Source: Chlorokybus atmophyticus (Eukaryota > Plantae > Mesostigma and Chlorokybus algae). Taken from it: a DNA stretch of 64,000 nucleotides. The stretch lies in assembly GCA_009103225.1 (NCBI GenBank), contig RHPI01002910.1:376579-440578 (forward strand). The letters run 5' to 3'. Positions 25,018 through 38,896 of the stretch are shown in pieces (positions within the stretch are counted from its first letter, which is position 1; each line of letters begins with the position of its first letter). The translations under genes were made by a program, and so were the position numbers. The notes under the pieces were generated by a model. It was given only the letters and a program-made list of their open reading frames with translations. It did no database searches and had not been told where the DNA came from.

Positions 25018-27037
25018 ATGTTGTCAACGATGTTGTCGCCGTCGGCGGCGCCGGCGTGCATGTCGCCGGCATTGTCCCTGTCACTGTCGTCGTCATCGCT
25101 TCGCTCCTTCCCCGGCGCCGCTCCTCCTGTTCTCCTCCTCCCGCGCCTGGCGACATTGACCAGGCGGCGGCGGCGGCAGCCGCCCGCCTGCTGCTGCTTG
25201 CCGTCAGGCCAGCAGCAGCGGCAGGCAGGCCGCCTGCTGGGCCTGGCCGCTGCCTCACCTGCCCTTGTTCGCAAACATCAGGCCGCGGAGGTCACAGAGG
25301 AGGCGGCGGGGGCAGCTAACAGCGTTTTTCTGGCTGCTGCGCTGCAACTGTTGTGCACAGCAGGTGGGCACGCAATGCACGCATGGGCGTGTGAAACATG
25401 CATATGCATACAGAAATGCATGCGTGCAAAGCTTGCATGCAATAAGCATGCATGCGTGTTGCGCAACGCAGGATTCATTCTACTGAATGTTTACACTTGC
25501 CGCAATGCAATGACGAAGGTCACGTAAACTGCACTCACAAGTTGGTCGTTGATGCACCTTGCAAACAGCTGCTTGATCTCAGTTACTCAGCACAAACAAC
25601 CAAGCAATGCTTGACACATGTCATTGTGACACATTGAATTGTTTGGTTGGTTGTGTTGGGTTGACCGAGACGTTTCTTGCCTGCAGCTTGGCACGGAAAC
25701 ATACAACCATTTTGAAACAGTGGCGTTGAGTGGTAGCAGCTGCATGCAGTAAAGCAATCACAAGTCCACGCAGCATCAATGCTTACTACATGCGCAACTT
25801 GTATGCCTCTTGTGAATATCACTGACATGCACAAGCCAATCTTGATGGTTAAATGATGCTATTGCTGTTGCTGTTGCTTGACGCAAACGGTGGTTCTGCA
25901 GACGCCAAGGCTGTCGAGTACGGTGAGGACTTGTGGACGGTCCCAGAAGTGTCTCCAGGTAAGTAATCCTCTCCATCCCTTTCGTTGCAGTGCACTGTTT
26001 GGCATTGCATTTATAGTGTGACCCTTTGACTCATTACAAGCTGTGCTTGGTAGCCATTCCTGCATTCACATGCTGGTATAAGGAGAATAGATGGGATGCG
26101 CGCAATACTGCATGCATTGCTGTATACATGTATGCACCACTGTGACTTATTGTGGATTGTTCTCCTTGGACCGTTCGTTGGATCGTTCACTCGCTCACCC
26201 ACGCAATTGTTTCATTTCAACCAACCTCTCACACCCAACACCCAACAGGTCATACACATGCACATGCACCTAGGCGGCACATGCACGCACACACACCTTC
26301 TCAACTCCCTCTTCTCTCGCAGCCCAGACAGTAGCCGGCTCCCTCCTCGTCCTCGCGATCGGATTCCTCCTCTTCCGCAGTCTCCGTCGTCGCGCCCAGC
26401 GCGCGACAAGCGTGAAGTACACTTCCGGCGCTGACAAGACCGCGGAGGAGATCGCACTCGAAGTCCAAAAAGCCAAGGAGTTGGACATTAAGGCGCCGCC
26501 CACCGTGCTCGGCACGCTCTCGGGCGCACTCGTTGCGGGAGCCATTGCGCTCGTGTGCTGGAGGTTCACGCAGACGGTCGAGGCCACGTTTGCTGGACAG
26601 AACGTGTCCAGCGAGTACACGGTGAGTTGGGGTGGGTTGTTGGCAATGTTGGGTTGTGTTGTCACAGGGTTGTCATTTCTGCTGTACTGATTGCAAGGCT
26701 CACACTGTTGCCTCCTTGTGTGACGTTGCAGGTACGCAACATAACTATTACGATCAGGTGAGTCATGGTTGGGGATGAAGCGGAGAGCACTTGGTAGTGG
26801 CGTGCGTTTGTGACATTTGCCTGTGTGCGCAGGACGATTATTGTGGGCACGCTGTACCTCGGCACGTTTGTTTTTGGGTTCAATGCATTCGGCTTGTTCC
26901 TATACGGCATGCAGCTGCTTATCAACGGGCCCCCACCGTCATCGCCCGGCACTCCCGACAGCAATAAGCTGCCCGCAACCTCAGATACACGCACTTCATT
27001 GACGCCAGACAAAACCACGGAGAAAAAGTCTGATTGA
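25018..27037 (+). CDS. Plastid-targeted membrane protein, DUF3082-like, 5 exons
   Basis: Ser/Ala/Arg-rich transit peptide, hydrophobic helices, and ...YTVRNITITIRTIIVGTLYLGTFVFGFNAFGL, which resembles the cyanobacterial/plant DUF3082 core. GT-AG junctions keep frame. Confidence 0.75.
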
Positions 27038-27953
27038 GTTTACTTTTAGGGCAATCAGAATCTTTGGTTGCCCCCACCTTATGACCACCAAGTTTTTACT
27101 TTTACTACTTGAGGTACATTGAATTGCTCTGAGCAGCAGAGAGCTGAGGGGCTAGTCATCTCTGCTTATGGCGCTCAGTTGCGGGTTGTATATGTAAGGT
27201 GAGCACAGCCAACCATTGCTGATGCTTAAAAAGTTTTGTATTGCATGCATTGTGCGATCATGGCACTTTCATCGCGCAATGGTCATGGGTGGCGCGCATG
27301 GTAATGCTGTAGCCATAGTACAGTCATAATTGCGCAAGACATCTGCATCCAAATAAAACTCTGAGCACAGCCAAGGATTGGCTTCAACATACACATGAGC
27401 ATAGTATGCATTGCACAGAGAGGCAGATTTTGATTTGCATGTACGGCACTGGTTGTACTCTGACCCGGATATGCGCGTGCGTGCGCATTTGTGTGCGTGC
27501 ATGTGCAGCTGCGGGTTGCTAGGGTTAATAGTGCATATTATTCAAGAAAACGCGCTGCGCAGCGAGATTGCGCGGTACAAGCTAGCAGGATCCCGGGTCC
27601 CCAGCATCAACAGCATTGTACATTTATACCACAGGGTTGGTGGCCTACTCTGTCCTTCTCTGTGCATGTACCGCATGCATCTGTCACATGCACCGAGACG
27701 CCACCAACACAGTGGCATGTGTCAGGAATGCTGTTGATGCCTGGAAGGCTGCATGTGCAATTATGTTGGTTACCTTGCATGCCGGAGGCGGTTAAGGTAA
27801 ACAGGCTGGGGGGATGGCCTAACAGGGCCGCATGGAAAGGGTGTTGTTATGAAATGTGCGCATTTGCAGGAGCCTCGGTGACCTCGCATGTGCTTGCCAG
27901 CAATTGGAGCAACTGCAAGCGATGGATTTGTCACAGACTTACATGGCCTTAGG

Positions 27954-29837
27954 CTAGTGTCTTAGCAGCTGCAGATAAACGCACGGAGCTACAATGCGCA
28001 CACGCAGATCAGCAATATCAACATCGTGCCCGCCTTCGACAAAGCCCCATTCTTTGGTCTGCAAAGCACACCGACGCAGTGTTTAGGGCGAGTCAAGCAT
28101 ACCAGTCAGGTGATGCACATAGCTGTTTCACACCTGATAGTCCTCTTCGCAGCGAATGACTTGCAACGCTTCATCCATGCTCAGCCGCCCTTTCACAACA
28201 GCCAGTGCGATGACTACCGAGCGCGCCGCACCAGCAAGAGACTCTATGGCAGATATCTCCCAACTTGTCATTGGCCGCAGCATTTGTGCAATACTGTCTG
28301 CGTAGAAAGTGTCACAGTGTTACACAGTTTACAAAAAAAAAGGGCCACTTACAACCCAACCAGGTCTAGTAAATGTGTGGAATGCACATGTATGCTGCTG
28401 ACAACACCAGTAGTGCCCACCTAGCGCTGCTTTTGGCTGTCGTACGCCAAAAATGCTATCAGAAACCGCCAACTCCACACCCAAATCCTCCCGTGACCAC
28501 TGCACGAGCGGGTCCCAGAGCTGGACAGTCATGCCAAAAGGAAAGTTGAACACGGGCAATGATGCTGTCACTGCATCGCATCTTGCAATTCCACCATAAC
28601 TTGGACAGCTTCTGCTGGTATATCCATGCCAGAAGTACTTATGACCATCGTGCTCAGGGGCGAGCAGGCAAACATGACTTGGATACTCGCGCTTACTTCT
28701 TTTTGTCGTTCTGCAAGTGGCCCCGACTCGGCTCTGCAACAGATGGCGTCATCATCCGCGTACTCTACCACTTGGGAGATCACATTCTCTACATCCTGCA
28801 CAAACACGGCTCACTTTAGCAATGCGCAACACATTTGCTCAACACAGTGCAACGCACAAGTCTAACCATCAGATTGTACGGCTCACAGGTGCAACTTGGT
28901 CAATGGCTGTGGTAGCAAGCTTCATCAATGGCATGGTGAAAGGCCGCACGTGTGTTGCGCTCTGCCACTCCCACTCAGCTGCCACAGCCAGTGCAAGCGC
29001 CCTTGTCGGCACACAAAGCGGTCGCCTGCCAGCACGCACACATAAACAACGAGCCACTACCACTGACGACATGAACATGCTAACGACTCTGCGGCCTGCC
29101 AACCCTCAGTGCTGCGAGGTACCATGTGTAACCTTCAATCACTATGTTTTGGTAGCGTTAACCAGCAGCCAGCAAGCACTTGCCAGTGGCAAATCCTTGT
29201 TGGCAAATTGACAACGCTAAGCAAACGTCTACTGCTAAACGTCATCAAACCAAGCAGTAGCAGTAGTGTACTGCTGAGAACTGATCTAAGCAGTAATCCA
29301 CTGCTACTGCTTACTTTGCTGCTTAGCATGGCTTTGTGGCGAGCTTGTGACAACATGCAGGCTTCTCAGCATTGATCTAAGCAGCAAATCCACGCTACTG
29401 CTTGGCTGCTTAGCTGGGCTTTACAACGAGCTTATCACAAGATGCAAGCCTCACTTGCGGGGGGTCTGCAGCGCCCTGCCGTCCAGCGTCACTGTGAAGC
29501 CATCTCCAAGGGGCTGAATGTCAACATGCTTGTAGATGCGCTGGATGGTACCGTCCATGCGTGCACGAGAAGGCGCAGCAAGCGCTTCGTCTTCGTCTGT
29601 AGAAGAAGGAGACGAAGAGGCAGGGGAAACTGTGCCCTGTGCAGCCGCCGCAGAGTGGTTACTGGCAGCTCTCTCCAACAGTTCTCTGTGGGAGAAAGGC
29701 AAACCAGAAGTGCTGGTGGCCATGCCAGCAGCTGCATGTCGCCACAGCCATGATGACGACGACCAAAATAATTCAAACGACACGGCTGCTTTAGACGACC
29801 TGATCAGCAACACCCTCACCGCCGCCGCCGCCGCCAT
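27954..29837 (-). CDS. ATP12: Mitochondrial F1-ATPase assembly chaperone ATP12/ATPAF2
   Basis: RIYKHVDI...FTVTLDGRALQTP...LAVAAEWEWQ...RPFTMPLMKLATTAID...DDDAIC...LWDPLVQW...ARSVVIALAVV...IRCEEDYQTKEWGFVEGGHDVD. Confidence 0.92.
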
Positions 29838-30372
29838 GTCGACAGTAGTTGCACAGTCCAAAGCCTGCACTCAGCAGCTGTACCGTGTCCAGTCGTGTGT
29901 CTCAGAAGGGGACACGACTTTGCATGTACACTTCTCGTACACGCTTGCTACCGTGTGTTGCGTGCCCCAGACACGACTTCAAACTAGAGTTTCATCATAG
30001 GCCGCACACAGCTGGCGAGGGCGGCGGAGAATCCACGGCGCAAGTGGGCGGCGCTTGGGGGCCTCGGAGGAGGCGGGGTTTAAGGGGCTGGAGGAGAAGC
30101 AGGTGTACGAGGTGCAGGAGGCAAGGGAGCGCGGTTTGTTGCTTTCCTGGCCTGGTGTGCACAGTCAGCGGCAGTCGGTTCAGCCCTAACGTCCCCCGCC
30201 TTGGTGAAAGTGCTGCTGGTACTGCTGCCTCAGCTAGAGGATTTGCTTGTTCAGGGTTTGAAGCATTGTGCGCACTGCCAACGCTGTTAGATCGCTGCTG
30301 GGCGAGCGGGGCAGCAGCAGCAGCTTGCTGCTGGATGATGGTGACCTGAAGGACGGTGTCAGCTGGTGTGCT

Positions 30373-33300
30373 ATGGAGAATGGCAGCCGCAACGGAAGTA
30401 GCAACGGGCCGTTAGTAGCAGAGGAGCCGAGTATTTCTGCTTCGTTGCAGCAGCAGCGCAGCAATGGCGAAGCAGGGAGACACGCGGACGGCCCAGCCGC
30501 TGCGTCCAAGGACTGGCACCGGACCATGCCGCACAAGGACCTCGCCGCCAACGGCCATGTTGTGTCTCCCCCCGAAGCTCGTCCCAAGGTGCGTGCATTG
30601 CGCCACGCTGCAGCGTTGCCATCGCATCATTTTGCATGCATTGAAACACAGTGCACGCTGTTTCTTTGCAGTTAGCTGCAGCTGTAGGTTGCTCCGTTAT
30701 GTGTCGCCTGGTTTCACTCCGAGTTTAGAGCTCTGACTTTGAGCAAAGCTTGCCCCTTACAATGGTGACGGCTGAGTGCATGTCTTGGTTGACGAGTGTT
30801 GTACATGTTGACAGTGTTGCAGCCAAGTCACAGTTATGGTCCATGTGCATGTGTTCACGTCGTCTGGCGTTGTGGCCATGCCCCAATGTCATGCCTACCA
30901 TCGCAACAAGTGGTGATGATGCTAGCAGCCGACAAGATGCCCATTGCTTTCTGCTTGTGTGCAAGTTGTCCAGTGCAATATCATAAAGCTGCCGTTGACG
31001 GCTGCAGGACATTGTGAATGAAGCCGAAATGATGGATAACGGCGATCACAAAGACATGTTGTACACACTTTCATCTTCATATAAGCCCCGAGATATTGCG
31101 AGCATACAAAGATCTGTTGTGAACCATGTTGAGTATACCCTTGCGCGACGGCGCTACAAGTTTGACGCCTCAAATTTTTACTTGGCCACTGCCCATTCTC
31201 TGCGCGATCGCCTCATTGAGCGCTGGACTGACACTCACCAGTATCTCACGAAGCAGGTTTGCATATTGTGCGATGACACAAGACACATTGGCTATGTAAT
31301 ATGACTTGATATGTGTATGCTTAGCTGGTTTGTGCTCATGTTGCAACAACGGCCCACCAGGATGCGAAGCGTGTATATTACCTCTCGCTGGAGTTTCTTG
31401 TGGGAAGGTCGCTGCAGAATGCTATGTACAATCTCGGATTGCAGCAAAGCTATGCAGAGGCACTCCTGCAGTTGGGATACGATCTTGAGAATCTGGTGAG
31501 CAACCTGGGTCGCATGTTGTGCAAGTGTGATGGTGTATGTGGCGCGTTTTTATGTCTCTGATTGCTTTGCGGGTGCCTGATAACAACAGGTTCAAGAAGA
31601 GAAAGACCCTGCTCTTGGCAATGGCGGACTCGGCCGGCTAGCTTCGTGCTTCCTGGACTCGATGGCAACACTCAGCTACCCATGCTGGGGGTACAGCTAT
31701 ACATGCTACAAGCATTGGTGTCATTGTTTTGGGCGACCTCCGCTGACACCTCTTTTTCATTGTGGGATCAGGTATGGCATACGGTACAAGTATGGCATGT
31801 TTGAGCAGCGCATCGTAAGCGGGAAGCAAGTAGAGTTTCCGGACTACTGGCTCACACGCGGCAACCCTTGGGAAGTTGAAAGGCTGGATGTGCAGTATCC
31901 GGTCAGGTTCTACGGCTACGTTCGCACCTTCGACGACAATGGGCGCACCCGTTTTACATGGGAGGGTGGAGAGCTCACGCTTGCCGTTGCGTATGACACC
32001 CCCATTCCTGGCTATGACACATACAACACCAATAACATGCGACTCTGGAGCAGGTAAGCCGAGCTGCATCTTCGCACGGAGCTGTTGGATTGCCTGTGAT
32101 TACTGTCTAGTTCATGCTGCTGATTGGTGCAATTCACAGCAAGCCATATTCTGAGTTCGACCTGGCCAGCTTCAATGCTGGTCACTATTATGCTGCTATC
32201 GAGGCAAAAGAGCGCAGTGAGAGCATTAGCAGTGTGCTCTATCCCAATGACAACAATGAAGGTGGCAAAGAGTTGCGGCTCAAGCAGCAGTTTTTCTTTG
32301 TGTCAGCCACCCTGCAGGTTGTCAAGACGATGTCTGCCATGATGTGCTATGTCATTATCACGAGCTGGCATTAATGGTGTGGATTGTTTTGTACAGGATA
32401 TCCTCAAGCGGTACAAGAAACGAGAGAGGCCCCTCACAGAGTTTTCTGACAAGATTGCCATTCAATTGAACGACACCCACCCTACAATCGGCATACCAGA
32501 GCTGATGCGCTTGTTGCTTGATGAAGAGGTACCGGTGGCCTGCGTGCACATATTTGTTGCATGGCAGGGACACTACTAGGGAACCTTCACATTGCGCAAC
32601 TCTTGTGGGCATGGTTGCTCACACGGTGTTGCAGGGCCTGGAATGGGATGATGCCTGGAACATTGTAACGAACACATATGCCTACACAAACCATACCATC
32701 ATGCCAGAGGCTTTGGAACGGTGGCCAGTCCCTCTTGTAGAGAACTTATTGCCGCGACACATGCAGATTATATATGAGATCAACCATCGGCACTTGCAGG
32801 TCAGGCCTTCAACTGTTGTTGGAGACACATGCCATGCTTTGGTAGTTGGCTCAGGCAGGCTGTTCATATATTCTCATCACATGTCACGTGTGCACCTCAG
32901 GAGGTTGCCAGGAGGTACCCAGGTGATGTCTCCAGACTACAAGTCATGTCTATCATTGAGGAAAGCTCTCCAAAGATGGTGCGAATGGCGGTTCTGGCGA
33001 CAGTCGCTTGCCATACTGTGAATGGTGTTGCTGAGATCCACACAGGCCTTGTTAAGTCACACCTGCTCCCAGAGTTTTACGAGATGTATCCAAACAAGTT
33101 CATCAACATTACAAATGGTGTGACATCGCGGCGATGGATGCTGTGTGCAAACCCCTCTCTCAGCAAGGTATGCGCTTGCTAGGTAAAAACCTGATCATTG
33201 TCGATGAGGTGTGGCAACGTGCCATGAACACACATGTTTGTGTCACAAGCTTTCGGCTGTATCGTTGCCTATAACGTGGGTGCATGCCTCAACCCAGTAT

Positions 33301-35447
33301 GCTAATAAGTCATTGACAGGTTATCACCAAGTGGTTGGGCAGTGATGCTTGGACTACAGATCTGGATCGCCTGCGGGTACGTTGGGGCGTTACTCTACTG
33401 CATGCAAGGGCATGGTGCAGATGCTCGTACCAATGCATTGCGTACAACAAAGTCATTGGCAGTGGTTCCACACGAGCTCACATTGCAATGGCTGTCTTGC
33501 TCTGTCATTTTCAGGGCTTGCTCACGCATGTTGACAACCTGGAGTTCCGCCAAGAATGGGCAGCTTCCAAGCACCAGAACAAGTTGAGACTAAGAGACTA
33601 CATTTTGCGGGAATGCGGCATTGAGGTACGTCAAGTGTAATGTTCGAGCAACTCTTGTGTAGCGGAGTTTGCTCTGAAGTCAGGTTGCACCTTTGTGTCT
33701 ATTTTACTGCGTTTCCAACATATTGATGGCACTGCAGGTGGATCCACACGCCCTCTTTGACATGCACATCAAGCGCATACATGAGTATAAGCGCCAGCTG
33801 CTCAATGTGCTCGCCATCATTCACAGATATCACATGATCAAGGTCTGTTTGCAGGCCATTAAGTAGAGCTGTGCAAGTCTGTACAGGCAGATTGCTAAAC
33901 ACTGCTAGCATGACACATGCAGGTGGCTACAGCAGAAGAGAAGCGCAGGCTGGTGCCACATGTGTCAATTTTCGCTGGCAAGGCTGCACCAGGCTACTAT
34001 ATGGCCAAGAAAGTCATTCACTTTGTCAACAGGTCTGAGCGATTGGGTGTTATCATGCTTATGTGGACTTCTGTGGGCTTCATTATGTGTAGCTCCAAGC
34101 ATCATGCATACATCTGTGTCAACCTGAGCAGAGTTATCTTGGCTGCAGTGTGGCTTCTGTCGTCAATGAGGACCCAGACATGGAGAACTTGTTGAAAGTG
34201 GTGTTCATACCCAACTACAACGTCTCCAACGCTGAGGTATGTGTGTGCTGTGTTGATCTATAGACAATGCCCTACATGCAGATGTAACGTGGATTGCAGT
34301 GATGTGGATGAACCATTCAGCTTGATGTTGCAGTGTTGTCTTCTACGACTTGCCGCCGTGCATGTTGCCAAGCGCATACAAACACTGATGCTCAACTTTT
34401 GTATGCATTACTGCTGTTCCCATATCTGTTGCCTTGCATTCTTAGGTCATTATTCCCGCTAGTGATATATCGCAGCATATTAGCACGGCTGGTATGGAGG
34501 CCAGCGGAACCTCCAACATGAAGTTTGTTATGAATGGCGGGTTGATTCTGGGAACAATGGATGGCGCCAACATTGAGATCATGGAGGAGATTGGTGAAAA
34601 GAACATGTTCATCTTTGGCGCCTTAGCCTCCGAGACGGACGAGTTGCGACGCAGCGCTCGCTTTCGCGAGCCCATACTGGATGAGCGCTTGCAGCAGGTA
34701 TTGTGAGCCTAAGTGTGTTGAAAACCTTCCTCTACCTTTCAGAGTATGTTTACAGGCATGTTGAAAACCTTCCACAAGGCGATGTCCCTGTTTTGACCCT
34801 AAGCTAAGACCACCATGCATGCTGGCAGGTATTCCAGATGATACACATAGGACTCTTTGGACCATATACGGAGTTCCAACCTCTTATTGAGGCACTGCTG
34901 CATGGCAACGATTACTACTTATTGTGCCATGATTTCCCTGCATACCTGGAAGCCCATGTAAGTAACTGCATGCAGTTGGTGTCCAGTCTGCCTCATGGGC
35001 CTTGTGGATCTGATCTCATTTCTGTGATTTGCACAGGAGAGGGTGGACAGGGCATTCTTACAGAAAGACGATTGGATTCGCAGTACCATTGTAAGTTGCG
35101 TAGAATGTTGTATGTGTTTGCTCGCACATTGCAGTTGCAGTCAGTGTTTGGTTTTGGCTTTCTTATTGTGGTTGCATGTCTCATCATGAAGCTTTGTGCT
35201 GGTGCAGGAAAGCACAGCAAAGATGGGACGATTCAGTAGCGACAGAACCATCCGCGAGTATGCAGAATCGATATGGCATGTGAAGGTGAAGCGCTCGCTA
35301 ATCTATGCAGTTGTATATGGACCAATGCTTGAGTGAGCGTCACATGTCTACAATTGGCACTGATAGTGAATGCCTCATGTGCAGCCATACCCATACTCCC
35401 CAGAGATGGTCACTGGTGCTGATGGCGATGACAGCGAGGCACCTTGA
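30373..35447 (+). CDS. Alpha-1,4-glucan (starch/glycogen) phosphorylase, no L78 insertion; N-terminal exons uncertain
   Basis: [87 protein letters not shown] (PLP lysine), [12 protein letters not shown]. About 18 exons, GT-AG. Confidence 0.95.
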
Positions 35448-36243
35448 GCTCATTGCATGTGCAGTTGGAGCATTGTTGCGCCCGCGAGCGTCAATGGCCT
35501 TGACTTCGGTACTACAAAGCGACGTAAAGCTTTCACAGATTGGCATCATCCGTGCTGCGTTTGGCTGGGACCAGTCTGTCAGTTCAATGACCTGGGGCGC
35601 AAGGTTGCCCAGGCATTGTAGACATGACCCCAAGCATTGCACCCATTCTTGGAGATGGTAAATCGAGTTGTCCTTTACATGGCTTTGCAGTCATGCCACT
35701 TGCGTCTTTCTATCATAAACCGCAACGTCTTTTGATGCGTGGTTGCTGGTAGTGCTATGTAATAATGACTGAATTGTTGCATTGCAGTAGTTTGTCATGG
35801 TTCTAATGGTGCTTTCATCCTATATGCGCTGTTGCGACGCGACATATGAGGGTGGTAGTGAGTGCTGAGCTACTGCGTAATAAGGGTGGATCGGTGCGTA
35901 GTTGTTTGCTTCCTAAGATGTTCCAGCAGCACCTTGGCCTAAGTACAGCAACATTGAGAAGTTGTACCACTTCCCATGGGCTGTGCGCGCCGCGTGGTCC
36001 ACCACAGGGAGCTTGCTAACCGCATGTTGGGCTTCATGTTCATGCGCAGGCAGCGACGTGCCTTCCATGCACTACAGTGCACTCAGGGTGAGGCACTTTG
36101 AAAGGGCAACTACCGCCACATGCACTGTTTCGGGCCGGTTGGCCTCTATGGCTGTCTTATCTGACATTGCAATGCTTTAGGCGCAAGCCTTGCGTGGCAC
36201 ACTTGGTTTCATGCGAGACGTGATAAGTGGTAGGAATTATCCG

Positions 36244-36315
36244 ATAAGCTTTGTCACACATGGGAAATGCATGCGCATGTTTGCGCATGCATTTCCCATG
36301 TGTGACAAAGCTTAT
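36244..36315. repeat. Perfect 34-bp inverted repeat with 4-nt loop
   Basis: ATAAGCTTTGTCACACATGGGAAATGCATGCGCA-TGTT-exact reverse complement. Confidence 0.95.
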
Positions 36316-36600
36316 TTCCTTTGGAACCTAGCCAGTTAACCAGCAAGTCATATATAAATAAGAGAGATGATTAATTGCATAATGCAAAGTATGTGCAAGC
36401 AGCGTTAGCAGGTTTGACGTTAACTTACAGACGGACCGCAACAACAACGGCTCAGCATACGATGTGATGTATGTTTGTATTGTTGATGTTGCTTATGTAG
36501 CGCAATACATTGTGCAGTTCTATTATAACACTCGTATCTCGATGTTTTTACTATCCCGCAATGAAACCGTTTCGGACACGTAAGTCAATAGTGTTAATAC

Positions 36601-36602
<2 letters not shown>

Positions 36603-36648
<46 letters not shown>
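36603..36648. repeat. (GA)n microsatellite
   Basis: About 23 GA units, seen directly. Confidence 0.97.
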
Positions 36649-36651
<3 letters not shown>

Positions 36652-37286
36652 AAGTTAATATCTTTGTGACTTATATGATGAAATACAACTTCAACACAGC
36701 TACGGTATGTTTTTAATTTACTTCAACCCCTTGCTATTACATTTGACCCTTTCCTACTGTTCCTTTGAAGGAGCAATTATACGAATTCGTATAGTCGTTT
36801 TATGGTTGTTATTGGAAAAGCTACCATAACCCAAGAAGTTTGGCAATGGATGGATGCCTGCAACGATCAGATGCTTGTACACATGCTTGTACACGCGTGA
36901 ATGCGTATGCTTACAGCCGGGCTCGTGAACGCTTTGCTGCATGGACTCGGCCAATGAGGCACGCTCCAGCTGGCAGCTCGTGATAGGGTTTGCTGCTGAG
37001 CCGGCGGTGGTGGAGGAGAAGGCGGCGGCGGGCGGCGGTGGTGGTCGGCATCATCGCGCAGGTCATCTGCCGACTGTGGTTGACGCCGCATGGCGCGTGT
37101 TTGAAACGGGAGCCGTAGAGGGAGGAAGCGAGCGAGGCAGAGTGTGTTGCTGTGCTACCGTGGACTTGGTGGTGGACTCTTGTCGGCCTGGCCGCCACCG
37201 CCCTCCCCGTCTGAGGGCCCGTCCGGGCCCTCGTCCTTGGCGACAAGGGTTTGCTGCTTGAGGATTTTGCCGCTTTGGGTGACAAG

Positions 37287-38896
37287 ATGGAGCAGGTGAG
37301 CACCAGCTGTCGCCACATGGCTTGGTGTTCAGGTGTTGGTGTCAGGCAATCGCCCTGTTGCTCACATTCAAGCAACGTCATGCAATGCGAGTCATAGTTT
37401 TGCCTGAATAACCGCGGTGACGGTCAGCTGCGTTGCTGTTTCGCCAACGTACACGCCTAGCGTTGGCATGCGTAGCAGCGAATTTCATTCGAGTTTGCAT
37501 TGTCACTTGCGCATGTTCAGTAGTTGACTGTAACTGCAAGATCGTCTCAGGCGGACAGCTTTATGGTGACGCTGCAGGTTAGACTTGTAACCTGTATATG
37601 CCGAGACTGGCTGTGATACATTGCGATTTGGCGATGATGTGCTTGCTCGCATGCAGCAGTGATGATGCAACCCAACCGCATTTTGTAAACCGTGCTCGTA
37701 AAATGTCCAGTATGCATATGGGCTGAGTATCTGCAGGATATGCAGATGCAGCAGTACAATGCGTTGCCAGGAATGGCAACGCCCCAGCAGCAACAGCAGC
37801 ATCGCCAGCAAATGCAGCTGTTCTGGCAGCGCCAAGCACAGGAGATTGCAACGGTGACAGGTGGGGCAAAACCGCATGATGCCATCCTTCAAGCTGTGTT
37901 GTGCATGGTGGCATTGGCTTGCGTATGTTGAGCTATCAATTCAGTGCTGTGACCATGCTGCACTGCAGACTTCAAAAACCACCAGTTGCCTTTGGCAAGG
38001 ATAAAGAAGATTATGAAGTCGGATGAGGACGTGCGGGTAAGCAGCTTGGCACCCTCAGTGCTGTGGAGCTGCAGATGTCTAAATATAGTTGACACTGGTC
38101 ACCGCAGATGATCAGTGCAGAAGCACCTGCGCTTTTTGCAAAGGCGTGTGAATTGTTCATACTCGAACTCACATTGCAATCGTGGATTCACACGGAAGAC
38201 AACAAGCGACGGACATTGCAAAAGAACGACATTGCTGCTGCCATTACCAAGACGGATATCTTTGACTTCCTAGTAGATATCGTGCCAAGGGACGAGATCA
38301 AGGTACCTAGTGCAGGAATTGTAATGCACTGGCAGCACCACCCATTTGGGCAAGGTGTGGTGCAAGTTCTGAGGTTTAATGCTGTCGCAGGAAGAGGGTG
38401 CGACTATGGGAAGGCAGGCAACTCCCACCGGTGCACCAGCAGACCCACTATACCAGGGCATGTACTACTTGCAGCAGGGTCAACAGACAATGATGCCGGT
38501 ATGCTGCGACAGCGCGGTCTCTAGTGTCTCCTGTGTCTTTGGTTGATCTTAATGCACTGTGACGCTTGTTGACAACATTTACGAGTCCGGGGCATGCTTG
38601 GCAGGGCACGCAGCAACCCATGATGATGCAGCCTGCCATGCAAATGGATCCCATGATGTACCACCAGCAGGCGCAGGTGAGCAAGGCAGACAGCTGCATG
38701 CTTGCCTGCTGGAGTTTGCTTCACCGTCTTGTTTGTAAGCCGCTTGACATGGTGTCCTTTGCTCAAGCAGTATATGCCTCAAGCTCAGCACATGCAGTAC
38801 ATGCCACAGCAGCAGCCACCGCCAACCGTACAAGGGCAAGCATCCTCGCAGATGGAAAACTCGGGAGGTCAGCCTGGCCAGAACCAGAGTCGGTGA
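37287..38896 (+). CDS. NF-YC: Nuclear factor Y subunit C (HAP5-type histone fold)
   Basis: FWQRQAQEI...[86 protein letters not shown], with a Q/M-rich tail. The first mini-exon (ATG GAG CAG at 37287) is tentative. Confidence 0.93.

Noticed and set aside
515-38896. Non-canonical genetic code (TAA/TAG = Gln) as in some ulvophytes
   Set aside because: ADH, psaK and ATP12 end at TAG and VHA-H ends at TAA exactly where homologs end. No in-frame TAA/TAG occurs in intact exons.
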